A stretch of DNA of 36,519 nucleotides from a virus (taxonomy: Duplodnaviria; Caudoviricetes), in IMG/VR virus record IMGVR_UViG_3300031965_000090, positions 1 through 36,519 of that record. One strand, given 5' to 3'. Each line of letters begins with the position of its first letter. Positions within the stretch are counted from its first letter, which is position 1. A program made the translations under genes and the position numbers. The notes below the pieces were generated by a model, which saw only the letters and a list, made by a program, of their open reading frames with translations, was not told where the DNA came from and did not search any database. Below, one piece after another: positions 8,664 through 18,293 of this stretch.

Positions 8664-11600
8664 ACTATAACCCTCGTATCTAATCCATCCAATTCTAAAC
8701 GCTGCAATATTTTCGCGGTGGTTTGCGAGCTTTTTGCGATAGCTAAATTGGCTGCTTGCGATTCGGATCTTAAGCTTCGCAATTCTGTTACTATCGGCTC
8801 CAAAGATTCATGATCAAATATTATCGGCGGAGTTTGGCCGGTCGGCGGTGGTCGATTTATGATTATTTGAATTGGCGCAATTGGTATTTCTGGTTCAACA
8901 ATTGGCTCAACAATTGGATTTAATATTTCGTTCAATGCGTTGACAGCTTCCAGCACAGATAAAACACTTGTATCAATTCCTAATGCTGCGTTTACTTGCG
9001 CTTGCATTAACTCTGATAGATTATTTAACCCGTCAATTTGAGATTGATAATCAGCCTCCAATAAATCATTTTGAGCTGATAAATATTCACTAATCGCATC
9101 ATTTAAAGCGACAACACTATCATCAATTTCTAATAGCTCGTTTAATTGATTATCTAAAACGTCAAGTTGTTGCTGTGTCGCTGTTTCTTCTGCCAAAATT
9201 TGATCGTTAATTAACTCTATTTGCTCGTCAAAATTTGATTGCTGTGACATCGCGTCATTATATTGCGCAATCGCTTGACTGATTGATAGTACACTCGTAT
9301 CTATGCCCAATATCGCGTTAAGTTGATCATCTAATGATTGAATTTCAGCGTCTGAATTTATTGCAGACTGTTCTTTGATCGATTCTAAACTAGCTATAGT
9401 TGCATCAAATCCCTCTGCTATTAATTGTTCAGAGGTTGCTTTGGTTTCTGTTAGTCCGGCGAGTTTAGATAATTGATGTTGAGTTTTTGCAACATCAAAA
9501 GCCAAATCTTCGGCACTTGAAAATAAGCCTGAAGTGTTGCTTAATGCTGACAGTGATGAGTCAATATTTAATGCGTTTGAAAAGTCACCCGATTGCGCTC
9601 TAGAGATCGCTAAGTCAATTTCATTTTGAGCCGATCGTCTACGCGCAAGTGTTAAGCGATCAGAACTAACGGCCATATTATCCACAGCGCTCATTATCGT
9701 ATTAGTCACATCAAACAAGCTCGCGGAAAATTCCCGGGAAGCTTGTGCCGCTTCTGTGAGTTTTTCAATTTGTAATTGTCGCGCTTCTGATTCTAATTTT
9801 GCCGCCTCTTCTGCTGCTTCTGCCGCCGATGTTATTTTGTTTTTTTCTGCTTCAAACGCTTTATTTAGATCGTCGGTAGCAGAAGATAAAAATTGTTGGG
9901 CGGCTGTTCGCGCTGACTCAAGTAATCTTATCTCTGATCGTAATCCCTCTATTCGAATATTAGACGCTTGTTTGATTTGATTTTTTTCAAATTCAAAACT
10001 CTTTTTTAATGCTTCGGTTGCTGATGTTAACCTTTCTTTTGCTTGCTTTTCTAACTCTTTGATTATTTCAATCTCAGCTCTGACAGCGTTGTTAATCATC
10101 GTCATTGCTGAGTTTATCGCTGATGTCCTTTCTGCTTCTGCCCGGGTTGCATCTTCTGCAGCGAATATTTGCAAAGCTATGGCGTGTAGAGATTCGTCCA
10201 GCGCGTCAAGCTCCATTTGCCGCTGTAAAGCAAGAGCTTCTTCGGATTGACCCAATGCCTTTAATAAATTAATCTGCAAGCTCTGACCCTGCTTAGCCAG
10301 CCTCTCGGCTTCTTTTTCTTTCAGTTCTGCTTCGCGCTCGATAGCTGATAAATATTGATCCATGGCTGGCGATAATTCCATCAACGCGGCGAAGGCTTCT
10401 TGACCTGCAAGCGTTGATAAATCCAAACTTTCGACAAGAGCCTTAAAACCTTCGCGTGTCATTGGCATGGAAAAATTCAGATCACCAAACACATCTGTTA
10501 ATGATCCAAGCAACACTTCCATTTTTTGTTCGTCAGTAAAAAACGCGTCAAAATAGCTGCCAACCGCGTCAGTAAAATTATCTAATCCACCGATCAAACC
10601 AATGATTGATTGAGCAACTTCTATCCGCATAAAGTTTGACATATCGCCCAGGGTCAAGCCTAAATTATCCAGCGTGTCATTAAATATCGCCTGCTCTCTG
10701 GCGAGTCTCATTAAAGTTTCAAATGAACCCTCGCCCATTTGTTGAAATTGCTCTAACGCTGGAAACATATACTCTGCCATTAAATCGGCTTGCTGACTAA
10801 ATATCGATTCCAGTTCGGCTTGAATTTCTTCGCCGCTTAAACCTTCAAAGGATACATCGCCGATATCAATCACAAAATTATCTAAAGAACGTTCCACGCC
10901 TTCGCCGATAGCGCCGCCTATCCCATCAAACGCGTCGCCAAAATCAAAATCTGTGAATATATCCTCATTGTCAAATCTACTTCGACCACGATTATTCGCG
11001 CTAGAATTTAAATCAATTATTGGATCGACTCCTAGAACATCGAGCGCGCCAGTTATTGCATCGCCAATGAACATAAATATTTTCCCAAACTCTTCTAATA
11101 TTGGTAGTTCAATATCGGAAAATTCAATGCTTGTGCTTGAGCTTCGGCTTAATCCCCAAAGTCTTTTCTTAACCGTTTTAATCACGTTAAAATAAGACGC
11201 GTCCATTAATCCGGTGGCGATTAAATCACCCATTTCCTGGGTGTTAAAACTTATCCCAGACGCGATCAAAGTTCTTGTTTTTTTGCTTATTCCACCGATA
11301 ATACTATCCATGATCCCGCCAACAAAACCCCCTGTCAATTTATCTATCGCAGTCCCCAACACTCCCATGGTTAATAGATCGGTTAATTCATTGCCTTCAA
11401 ATGATCTCGACGTGCCTAAGCTACCCGCATTTCCTCCGCCGAAATTTGGTGATCTAACCAGGCTAACAGCAAGATTAGCAATACCCGCAGATAAATTACT
11501 CATCGCGTTTCTAATTGCTCTTAATTCATGAAGTTGATCAATGGCTACGTCCTCAAAACTTTCCATTGCGTTAATAATGGATTCACTTTTTCCGGTTGGG

Positions 11601-14266
11601 TCGCCTAACACCGTACCAGTCCCCTGAGTTGCTTGCATATCTGCTGCGCTGGGAACGCTGCCACCACCGCCACCGCCGCCAAATAATCCTAGGCTTGCCA
11701 TGATGGCTATCATTGCCGCACCCGCCGCAAAGCCTACAGGAAAAGGCGCTGCAAAGGCCGAAGAGATTGCCGTTAAAGCATTGGCGCTGGCTTTTTGCAA
11801 AGCTAAACCGATTTCTATCGCGGTGAAAACTTGCTCCGCTTTATTCATGGCTTCGCGGCCTTTGGATTGTTCTTTGAACATCGATCCAAAAGTTTTTGAT
11901 ATTGCCGCCATACCCCCTAGCTGTGCGCTTGTAGATTTTTTATCTAAGTCCATCAGAGATTTTTCTATTTTTGATGTGTCTTGACCTGTCGCAATCGCTT
12001 TTTCTTTTTCCAAATTCAATTCTGTTTGCAATTTAATAATGGATTCCATTTCCATCCCGAAATCATTCAGCACATCTGCCATGGTGCCGAAGGCGTCCGT
12101 CATTTGTGATCCAGTCCTACTCCACGCGCCGCCAAAGTTTTCGACTGATTTTATTAATTCGTCGAGATCTTCTTTTTCTTGTTTTGCAGACTCTTCTTTT
12201 TTCAAAGTCATTTCTTTTTCAGCGCGTAAATTTTGATAAGCTTCTAGTTGAGCTTCAAGCGCTGAGATCATTTGCGGTGTTAAGTCGCTTGCTATCGCGT
12301 CCATCTGCAAACCGTAAAGCTCGTATTGTTCACGGGTTAAAGATAATTCCGTTATCATATCGGCTAAAGATTGCGTTTGGCCTTGAAAAGAGTCTTCTAT
12401 TTTTTGGGATGCCTCTGCTGATTTTTCACGCTCTTTTCTCATATCTATAGATTTTTTTGTATAAGCATCTAAAAGTTTTGTTATGTCACTCAATATAGCC
12501 TTTTCGCCGATTATTGTTTGTCTCAAAGCATCTTTAAGTTGAGAATCGGCTGCTGTTTCCTGCATTTTTATCAAAGCTTCTTCATGTTTTTTTAATGATA
12601 CTGTGGTCTGACTAAATGCTTTTTGAATTTCTGCTTGTGATTTACCTACTAGCTCAGCAGAAGCATCTCTTCTTATTTGATTCATGTGCAACATCCACAA
12701 AGTTTCATTATCAGATAAAACCTTATTTTGTTTTTCCAAAGTTCTTTTAACTTCGTCAGCTTCTTCTTTGAAATCAGAGTAAACAGAAATACCAATACCT
12801 ATAGCAGTTATAAGTAATCCAATAGGACCTAGTGCGAATTTCACTGCCGCGCCCAAAACATTAGTGGCAATCGCGGCTTTTCCTGCGGCCGCAGTTGAGA
12901 CAGTTAGCGCGCTAGCATAGGCTGTCTCCGCGGCTGTTAAAGCTGTCTTCGCCTGAATGTTTAGGTAAAACCCAGGCACACTAGCCGCCGCCGTTTGTAT
13001 TGCGATTAACTCTGCTCTTGTTGTTGCGGTGATTGCGGCCGTTCTGAGCATTTCAGCTTTTGCCGCTTGTTGAGTTGCCACAATCTGCAAAGCCATAGCG
13101 CCCAAACTTTTACCGATAGCGATCGTTAGACCAGCACCGATTACTATCCCCGCTGCTTTCGCACCCGCTGCAAGAGCGTCGAGATTATCTGTTAAAGTAT
13201 TTACGCCGCCTGTCGCTGCTTGCGCTAAACTTCGTGCGAGTCCGTCTACTTCGTTACCGAAAACGGCTATCTGCAATCCTTCAAGCGCTGAATTTAAAGC
13301 CAGCATGTCACCGGTTAAAGTATTCATCCTGATTTTTGCTTGCTCTGTCGCCGTAGCTGTGCCGCGTAAATTAACATTTAATTTTTCGACAATATCAGAT
13401 TGAGCTAGTAGAGATGTGGCTGCGGTAAAAGCCTCTTGACCAAATAATTTCATCAATTCTGTGTTATCTAAATTTCTACCTTTTAAAACATTTAATGATT
13501 TTGTTAGGCCATTAATTGATGGCATTAAATCCTTTTCGCCAGTCGCCTCTAGTCTTAACATGACTTGTCTCAATGCTGTACCTGCGTCTGATCCTTCGCG
13601 TCCTGCTGCGGCTAATGCTTGAATGCCTGCCACTGTTTCAGTGAGATCTATTCCTAAACTATTTGCTGCTGATCCAGCGTTGCGCATTGCCTCAGACACA
13701 CTAGCTACTGATGCCGTTCCGAGCTTGCTTGATGCGGCTAAAACATTAATGACTTCGTTTGCTTTGCTTGAGTCAAGCTGGAATTGATTCATTGCTGTAG
13801 CCATGGCGGTGGCCGCTTCGGGTAATGCCATGCCGGTTGCTTCTGCCAGTGTGACAGCTTCTCGGGTGACAGCGTTCAACGCCTCGGCTGATTCTAAAAG
13901 GTCTGGTTTTGCTGAAGCGATTAATTTAAAAGCGGTCGCGGCTTGTGATGCGGAAAGTGAAGTAGTGCGACCGATTTCTGCGGCGTTTTTTCGATAAAAT
14001 TCTAGATCTTTTCCGGCCGCTCCGGTGATAGCTGATAAGTCGGCAATTGATTGATTAAATTCTTTTGCTGCGGATATGGCTTTCCCGATCACAGCACCCG
14101 CACCGAGTAGCGCAAATGCCGCACCGAGTTTTCCGATAGTGCCAGTTAAACCGCGAACGTTTTGATCTAATTCGCCGCCTGTTCTGGCTAACATTTTCAT
14201 GCGTTGATCGGCTCGCAACAAATCGTTCGTGTCTGCTCTATAGCCTATATTGACTAGATCAACCAT
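8660..14266 (-). CDS. tail tape measure protein
   Basis: 1868 aa, Ala-rich helical, with a TP901-type N-terminal core (DLSAITGA...G..GSDAGTALR); follows the tail chaperones. Confidence 0.95.
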   Translation of the reverse strand: MVDLVNIGYRADTNDLLRADQRMKMLARTGGELDQNVRGLTGTIGKLGAAFALLGAGAVIGKAISAAKEFNQSIADLSAITGAAGKDLEFYRKNAAEIGRTTSLSASQAATAFKLIASAKPDLLESAEALNAVTREAVTLAEATGMALPEAATAMATAMNQFQLDSSKANEVINVLAASSKLGTASVASVSEAMRNAGSAANSLGIDLTETVAGIQALAAAGREGSDAGTALRQVMLRLEATGEKDLMPSINGLTKSLNVLKGRNLDNTELMKLFGQEAFTAATSLLAQSDIVEKLNVNLRGTATATEQAKIRMNTLTGDMLALNSALEGLQIAVFGNEVDGLARSLAQAATGGVNTLTDNLDALAAGAKAAGIVIGAGLTIAIGKSLGAMALQIVATQQAAKAEMLRTAAITATTRAELIAIQTAAASVPGFYLNIQAKTALTAAETAYASALTVSTAAAGKAAIATNVLGAAVKFALGPIGLLITAIGIGISVYSDFKEEADEVKRTLEKQNKVLSDNETLWMLHMNQIRRDASAELVGKSQAEIQKAFSQTTVSLKKHEEALIKMQETAADSQLKDALRQTIIGEKAILSDITKLLDAYTKKSIDMRKEREKSAEASQKIEDSFQGQTQSLADMITELSLTREQYELYGLQMDAIASDLTPQMISALEAQLEAYQNLRAEKEMTLKKEESAKQEKEDLDELIKSVENFGGAWSRTGSQMTDAFGTMADVLNDFGMEMESIIKLQTELNLEKEKAIATGQDTSKIEKSLMDLDKKSTSAQLGGMAAISKTFGSMFKEQSKGREAMNKAEQVFTAIEIGLALQKASANALTAISSAFAAPFPVGFAAGAAMIAIMASLGLFGGGGGGGSVPSAADMQATQGTGTVLGDPTGKSESIINAMESFEDVAIDQLHELRAIRNAMSNLSAGIANLAVSLVRSPNFGGGNAGSLGTSRSFEGNELTDLLTMGVLGTAIDKLTGGFVGGIMDSIIGGISKKTRTLIASGISFNTQEMGDLIATGLMDASYFNVIKTVKKRLWGLSRSSSTSIEFSDIELPILEEFGKIFMFIGDAITGALDVLGVDPIIDLNSSANNRGRSRFDNEDIFTDFDFGDAFDGIGGAIGEGVERSLDNFVIDIGDVSFEGLSGEEIQAELESIFSQQADLMAEYMFPALEQFQQMGEGSFETLMRLAREQAIFNDTLDNLGLTLGDMSNFMRIEVAQSIIGLIGGLDNFTDAVGSYFDAFFTDEQKMEVLLGSLTDVFGDLNFSMPMTREGFKALVESLDLSTLAGQEAFAALMELSPAMDQYLSAIEREAELKEKEAERLAKQGQSLQINLLKALGQSEEALALQRQMELDALDESLHAIALQIFAAEDATRAEAERTSAINSAMTMINNAVRAEIEIIKELEKQAKERLTSATEALKKSFEFEKNQIKQASNIRIEGLRSEIRLLESARTAAQQFLSSATDDLNKAFEAEKNKITSAAEAAEEAAKLESEARQLQIEKLTEAAQASREFSASLFDVTNTIMSAVDNMAVSSDRLTLARRRSAQNEIDLAISRAQSGDFSNALNIDSSLSALSNTSGLFSSAEDLAFDVAKTQHQLSKLAGLTETKATSEQLIAEGFDATIASLESIKEQSAINSDAEIQSLDDQLNAILGIDTSVLSISQAIAQYNDAMSQQSNFDEQIELINDQILAEETATQQQLDVLDNQLNELLEIDDSVVALNDAISEYLSAQNDLLEADYQSQIDGLNNLSELMQAQVNAALGIDTSVLSVLEAVNALNEILNPIVEPIVEPEIPIAPIQIIINRPPPTGQTPPIIFDHESLEPIVTELRSLRSESQAANLAIAKSSQTTAKILQRLELDGLDTRVIV

Positions 14267-14275
14267 TGCGCACCT

Positions 14276-14740
14276 TTATTTTTTCATTTTGATATTTTTT
14301 CGCTGCTCTTTCATTTCAGCGAGTTGTTTTCTAACTATGCCGCGTTGAAATTCCATCGCGTCTAAATCTTCATCAACTGTAAACGGTGCTATCATCAATG
14401 GATCTTCTGCTTTGCGATAATTACTAGCATAAGCCCGTGACATATCGATCACTGTTTCAGATTCCCAACCTGTCAAATAGTTTATAGTCATGCTGCAATA
14501 AGCTGATAATTCTAACCAGCTTATCGCAGACAATCCCATGCCGTTACTACTGACCATTCCACAGCCATGAAAAGCTGAAACAATATATTCAGCGTCTTCA
14601 ATTTCCGGAAGTTCTCGATAGATTGAGTCTTCCGGTAAGTCATCCATCCGTGGCCTTTCTTTTTTCTTTGGCGTCGCGTGTAGCCATGCCAAATGCTGAG
14701 CGTAAAGGATTAAATTATCTTTTACGCTGGCATAAAATTT
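14276..14740 (-). CDS. tail assembly chaperone, gpGT-like C-terminal part reached by -1 frameshift
   Basis: The -1 frame is open from slippery A AAT TTT (14740-14734) into AWLHATP...; no good ATG of its own. Confidence 0.8.
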   Translation of the reverse strand, partial: KFYASVKDNLILYAQHLAWLHATPKKKERPRMDDLPEDSIYRELPEIEDAEYIVSAFHGCGMVSSNGMGLSAISWLELSAYCSMTINYLTGWESETVIDMSRAYASNYRKAEDPLMIAPFTVDEDLDAMEFQRGIVRKQLAEMKEQRKNIKMKK

Positions 14741-15111
14741 GCGCGTTCGCCGATAAATTCCTCGACTTGTTCACGCAACCATCGATGCTCAAGATAAAGT
14801 TTTACAGCGTTTTCAAAAGTACATTCAATAGCCGTCTTGCCTTCGTCAATCCCTTTCCAACTGACTGTTAATCTTGCGAGCAATTGAGCGCCTTTTAATT
14901 CCGCTTCATCGAGATCTATTTTCTTGTTGCGTGATTTAGAATTTAAAGATTTTTCTGCTCGTTTTTTTATTTCTTTACGATAAACATCAGAGTCTGAACC
15001 CATTAATCTAATGGTACAACCTTCAATTTCCGAACCAGTGCCCGGGTGAATAACTTGCATCTCTGCACCGTTATTCGAGTCTTTCGCAATATCAAACTTT
15101 TTAAAATCCAT
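14722..15111 (-). CDS. tail assembly chaperone (gpG-like)
   Basis: HPGTG, GSDSDVYR, W.GI and WLREQVEEFIGERANF; GAGG SD before ATG 15111. Confidence 0.85.
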   Translation of the reverse strand: MDFKKFDIAKDSNNGAEMQVIHPGTGSEIEGCTIRLMGSDSDVYRKEIKKRAEKSLNSKSRNKKIDLDEAELKGAQLLARLTVSWKGIDEGKTAIECTFENAVKLYLEHRWLREQVEEFIGERANFMPA

Positions 15112-15217
15112 GATCATACCTCGTTCATTTTTATCATCCAAAATGGACGGGTGATGGTGGATGAGGCCATCGGCTTGCGCGAAGCTTTTACCCGCTTACT
15201 CTTTTTTACTACTGTAA

Positions 15218-15565
15218 TTAGTAGCCTAAAATTGTCGCTTCCATCGCGTCGCCGCCGGTTAGCGTGATTGTGCCTTGTAAATATTTATTGATGCTGTCCA
15301 ATGGGATCAATACGTAGTCACCAGCCGCAACTGATGCGAGTTGATAGCCTCCAGCTACGCTTACGTCGCCAATTCCAGCGACTGCGACCGTAGTTCCGCC
15401 AGCTCCGTCAATCAGCGGCGTAAGTGCTCCAACTGTGACATTATTTAACATTAAAACTTGATTTTTTCCGGCGGTGTAAACGAAAGTATCTGACGCGCCC
15501 AAAGTGGTGATAGTTGCGTCTCTTTCGCCTGATCCGGTGAGTGTTGTATGTGCTATAACTGCCAT
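15218..15565 (-). CDS. virion structural protein (tail-associated, putative)
   Basis: Gly/Ala/Thr/Val-rich; lies between the major tail protein and the chaperone; GGAG SD. Confidence 0.6.
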   Translation of the reverse strand: MAVIAHTTLTGSGERDATITTLGASDTFVYTAGKNQVLMLNNVTVGALTPLIDGAGGTTVAVAGIGDVSVAGGYQLASVAAGDYVLIPLDSINKYLQGTITLTGGDAMEATILGY

Positions 15566-15605
15566 GATTTAATTCTCCAATTTAATTAAAATAATTGCGT
15601 TTTGA

Positions 15606-16058
15606 TTAAGCCGCAACTTCGACAATAGTAGAATTGATTTCTACTTGAGCAGTTGAGCTTACAATCGAGTTAGCCGCGCCAGGATTTTTGGTGTAGCTGA
15701 AAAACTTACCTGTCCAGTAGTCAACGGCACCATCGGGATAAGTTAATTTAAAACTGTGCTCAACATTTTTATTGGCACCAGTCACACCAGCGGCAATAAT
15801 CACCTGACCCGCGTCGGTCGAATCGTGGCCTAATTCAATCGCCAATGATCCGTAATTGATAAAACCTTTGTATTTTTCTGTAATACCAGTTGCTAATGGT
15901 TCGTGTGTTACTACCTGAGCAGATGCGCCATATTCGGGCACGTTTACTACTTCGCCAATTGCGACAAACGTTAACGCGGCAAAACCAGCTGCGTCATGAG
16001 TTCCAGGTTCTGCGGCGACTACTGCTAGTAGAACACCTGTACTTGTTTGAACTGTCAT
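15606..16058 (-). CDS. major tail tube protein
   Basis: IGEVVNVPEYG, KYKGFINYGSL, DAGQ and FKLTYPDG pattern; synteny. Confidence 0.85.
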   Translation of the reverse strand: MTVQTSTGVLLAVVAAEPGTHDAAGFAALTFVAIGEVVNVPEYGASAQVVTHEPLATGITEKYKGFINYGSLAIELGHDSTDAGQVIIAAGVTGANKNVEHSFKLTYPDGAVDYWTGKFFSYTKNPGAANSIVSSTAQVEINSTIVEVAA

Positions 16059-16238
16059 AATTTTTTCCTCGAAGAAAAATAAAATTTAATAAATCGATTT
16101 CATCCGCCGATAATTTTAGCACTGTAAAAAGCAGTCTAAAAGGTAATTTAAAAAAGCGCTTGACATTTAGAATTTGTTTATTTGTGCTATTATGTGTTAT
16201 CATTTGCCATCTTAATTCAAGAGGTTTTAAAAATAATT

Positions 16239-16421
16239 ATGCAATTTTTATCAATAAAAAAAGTTTGTGAGCGTTATTCGATTTCTCGATCAACTGTTTT
16301 GCGATTAGTTGAATTAGGCAAGCTACCTCGACCGATCAAAATCGGTCTTGCTGCTCAGAGATGGGCAGTCGATGATCTAGAAAAATTTGAAATAAAAATG
16401 CGGGAAGAAACTATTTTTTAG
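16239..16421 (+). CDS. AlpA-family (excisionase-like) DNA-binding protein
   Basis: MQFLSIKKVCERYSISRSTVLRLVELGKLPRPIKIG...RW. Confidence 0.85.
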   Translation: MQFLSIKKVCERYSISRSTVLRLVELGKLPRPIKIGLAAQRWAVDDLEKFEIKMREETIF

Positions 16422-16509
16422 GTGTTTAGTTTGTCCGGTAAAGAATAGTTTCATTTTTAAATTTAATTCTTTACCGGATTTTAAGTTTTTATTTAATGAG
16501 GGTGTTAAC

Positions 16510-17103
16510 GTGAAAAAAAATAAGCTGGTTTGTGGCGTTGGGATTAATGACGCTGATTATTTGATTGAAAAAAAATCTAGAATCGATGGCAAGCAAAAGC
16601 AAGTTTGGATTTGTCCTTTTTATCGGGTATGGCAAAATATGCTTAGCCGCTGTTATTCGGATATAGTACAAGAAATACACCCTACATATATTGATTGTTT
16701 AGTGACTGAAGAATGGTTAATATTTTCAAATTTTCGAGAATGGATGATTACTCAAAATTGGGAAGGCAAACAGCTAGACAAGGATTTATTAATCCAAAGC
16801 AATAAAATCTATTCGCCAGAAACGTGTGTTTTTGTCGATAGAGTGACAAATATATTCATCACAGATTCAGGCGCAAGTCGAGGCGCTTGGTCTATAGGTG
16901 TGAGTTGGAATAAGCAAGCTAAGAAATTTAAATCAGGATGTAGTAATCCATTTATCAAAAAATATGAATATTTAGGATTATTCACCTGCCCCAACCAAGC
17001 CCATCAAGCTTGGCGCAAGAGAAAGCACGAACACGCCTGCCAACTAGCAGACTTGCAATCAGACCCGAGAGTTGCTCAAGCGTTAAGAATTAGATATGCG
17101 TGA
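16510..17103 (+). CDS. free-standing HNH-like homing endonuclease with C-terminal DNA-binding domain
   Basis: YRVWQNMLSRC, EWLIFSNF, QLDKDLL and YSPETCVFV; C-terminal YLGLF..P..AH.AW. Confidence 0.8.
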   Translation: MKKNKLVCGVGINDADYLIEKKSRIDGKQKQVWICPFYRVWQNMLSRCYSDIVQEIHPTYIDCLVTEEWLIFSNFREWMITQNWEGKQLDKDLLIQSNKIYSPETCVFVDRVTNIFITDSGASRGAWSIGVSWNKQAKKFKSGCSNPFIKKYEYLGLFTCPNQAHQAWRKRKHEHACQLADLQSDPRVAQALRIRYA

Positions 17104-17481
17104 TTATTTTTTAGCCATTGATTCGACAATCTGCCCAAACTCAGCAACTGATAATTTAACCATGCCGGCAGGCGCTTGCTCGCTTGATCCGTCCTCTAAT
17201 TTTTTGCCGTAAGGTAGGGGATTAGTAAAGAAAAAAGTCTGACCCAATGTTAAATTATCAAGCTGGACTTTTAGCTTGTTGGATGGATCTGTTTGCGTTG
17301 TGATAACTTCGTTTGTGGGTTGACCAGGTGCGCCCTGCCAATTTGATCTAAAACTTCCGGTGTCTACTGGGCTACGTGTAATGATCCGATTGCCGACCTC
17401 AAACAATGAAGCTCTGTTGACTTGCTCGACTGTGCGCTTTGTCTTCGCTGCTATCATGTTGAGCTGTTGTTGAATATTCAT
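17104..17481 (-). CDS. HK97 gp10-like neck/tail-completion protein
   Basis: SPVDTGSFRSNW and NPLPYGKKLEDGSSEQAPAGMV. Confidence 0.85.
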   Translation of the reverse strand: MNIQQQLNMIAAKTKRTVEQVNRASLFEVGNRIITRSPVDTGSFRSNWQGAPGQPTNEVITTQTDPSNKLKVQLDNLTLGQTFFFTNPLPYGKKLEDGSSEQAPAGMVKLSVAEFGQIVESMAKK

Positions 17482-17482
17482 T

Positions 17483-17890
17483 TTATTTTCTGGCTAAATA
17501 AATCTTAAAAGTTATTTCTATTTTATGCCGATACCAGTCTTTCTCATCTTGTCCATTACCTGCGCTAACCGATAACGTCCATAACTTATCATTGTTAACT
17601 AATATCGGTAATTTTTTAGTAAACAAATTTTCGATTGTGTTGGCTACCGTATAAGCCTCATTTCTGCCCGATAATTTTGGCTGATAGATATCAATCTGTA
17701 ATATCCCGGTGATAACGTCAGTCTCTGCTAGAGTCACGCTGTCACTGTTGCCTTGCATGATTGACACCATTAACCAAACGCTATTTTCCGGCTGAGTAAA
17801 TGGCGCGTTAGGCCATTTAATTGGTTGAGTTAAACTACCGTCTAATATTTTTTGAATCAATGCGTTGGTTATTTCTGCGCGTGTTGTCAT
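17483..17890 (-). CDS. tail terminator protein
   Basis: WPNAPFTQP..WL and GILQIDIY; likely start MTTRAEI after AAGGA. Confidence 0.75.
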   Translation of the reverse strand: MTTRAEITNALIQKILDGSLTQPIKWPNAPFTQPENSVWLMVSIMQGNSDSVTLAETDVITGILQIDIYQPKLSGRNEAYTVANTIENLFTKKLPILVNNDKLWTLSVSAGNGQDEKDWYRHKIEITFKIYLARK

Positions 17891-17942
17891 GTGTTTTTTT
17901 TCCTTTTTGTATTTTTTATGCTTTTTTTTCATTCATGATAGA

Positions 17943-18293
17943 TCATAATTTTCTTAAAATCACTTGTATTGCAGCGTCTGCGGCGTCTTGTTGTACGTTA
18001 ACGACTCTTACAGCCACACTATCATAAGTGCCAGTCTGTCCGATTTTAGGCGGCGTTCCGGCGGTGTAAGTTGCTGCAAAATCTGTCATCTGGATATCAT
18101 TCATTTGAGTTTCTTGATAACTTAATTTTCTTCTTATCGCTTGAACTGTCATTTGTGATCCGGCAATTTGAGTTTCAGAAATTGGATCATAAGTTGGCGC
18201 ATCATTAATAATTAATGTCCGGCGAAAGTCTTCGAATTCATCGTCGATTAATTCACTGGCTAAAGCAGTAAACTCTGATTTTAAAGTGCTCAC
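17943..18293 (-). CDS. head closure/stopper protein (putative)
   Basis: Synteny; YDP motif and C-terminal QDAADA...LR. Confidence 0.65.
   Translation of the reverse strand: MSTLKSEFTALASELIDDEFEDFRRTLIINDAPTYDPISETQIAGSQMTVQAIRRKLSYQETQMNDIQMTDFAATYTAGTPPKIGQTGTYDSVAVRVVNVQQDAADAAIQVILRKL

Noticed and set aside
9756-13997. Several + strand ORFs inside the tape measure gene
   Set aside because: Antisense shadows of an Ala-rich gene with no RBS or recognisable motifs.
16510-17103. Group I intron around the HNH genes
   Set aside because: Both HNH genes are intergenic, flanking genes look intact and no intron core was recognised.
17891-17932. Poly-Lys N-terminal extension on the tail terminator
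   Set aside because: More likely A-rich untranslated sequence; an AAGGA SD precedes ATG 17890.
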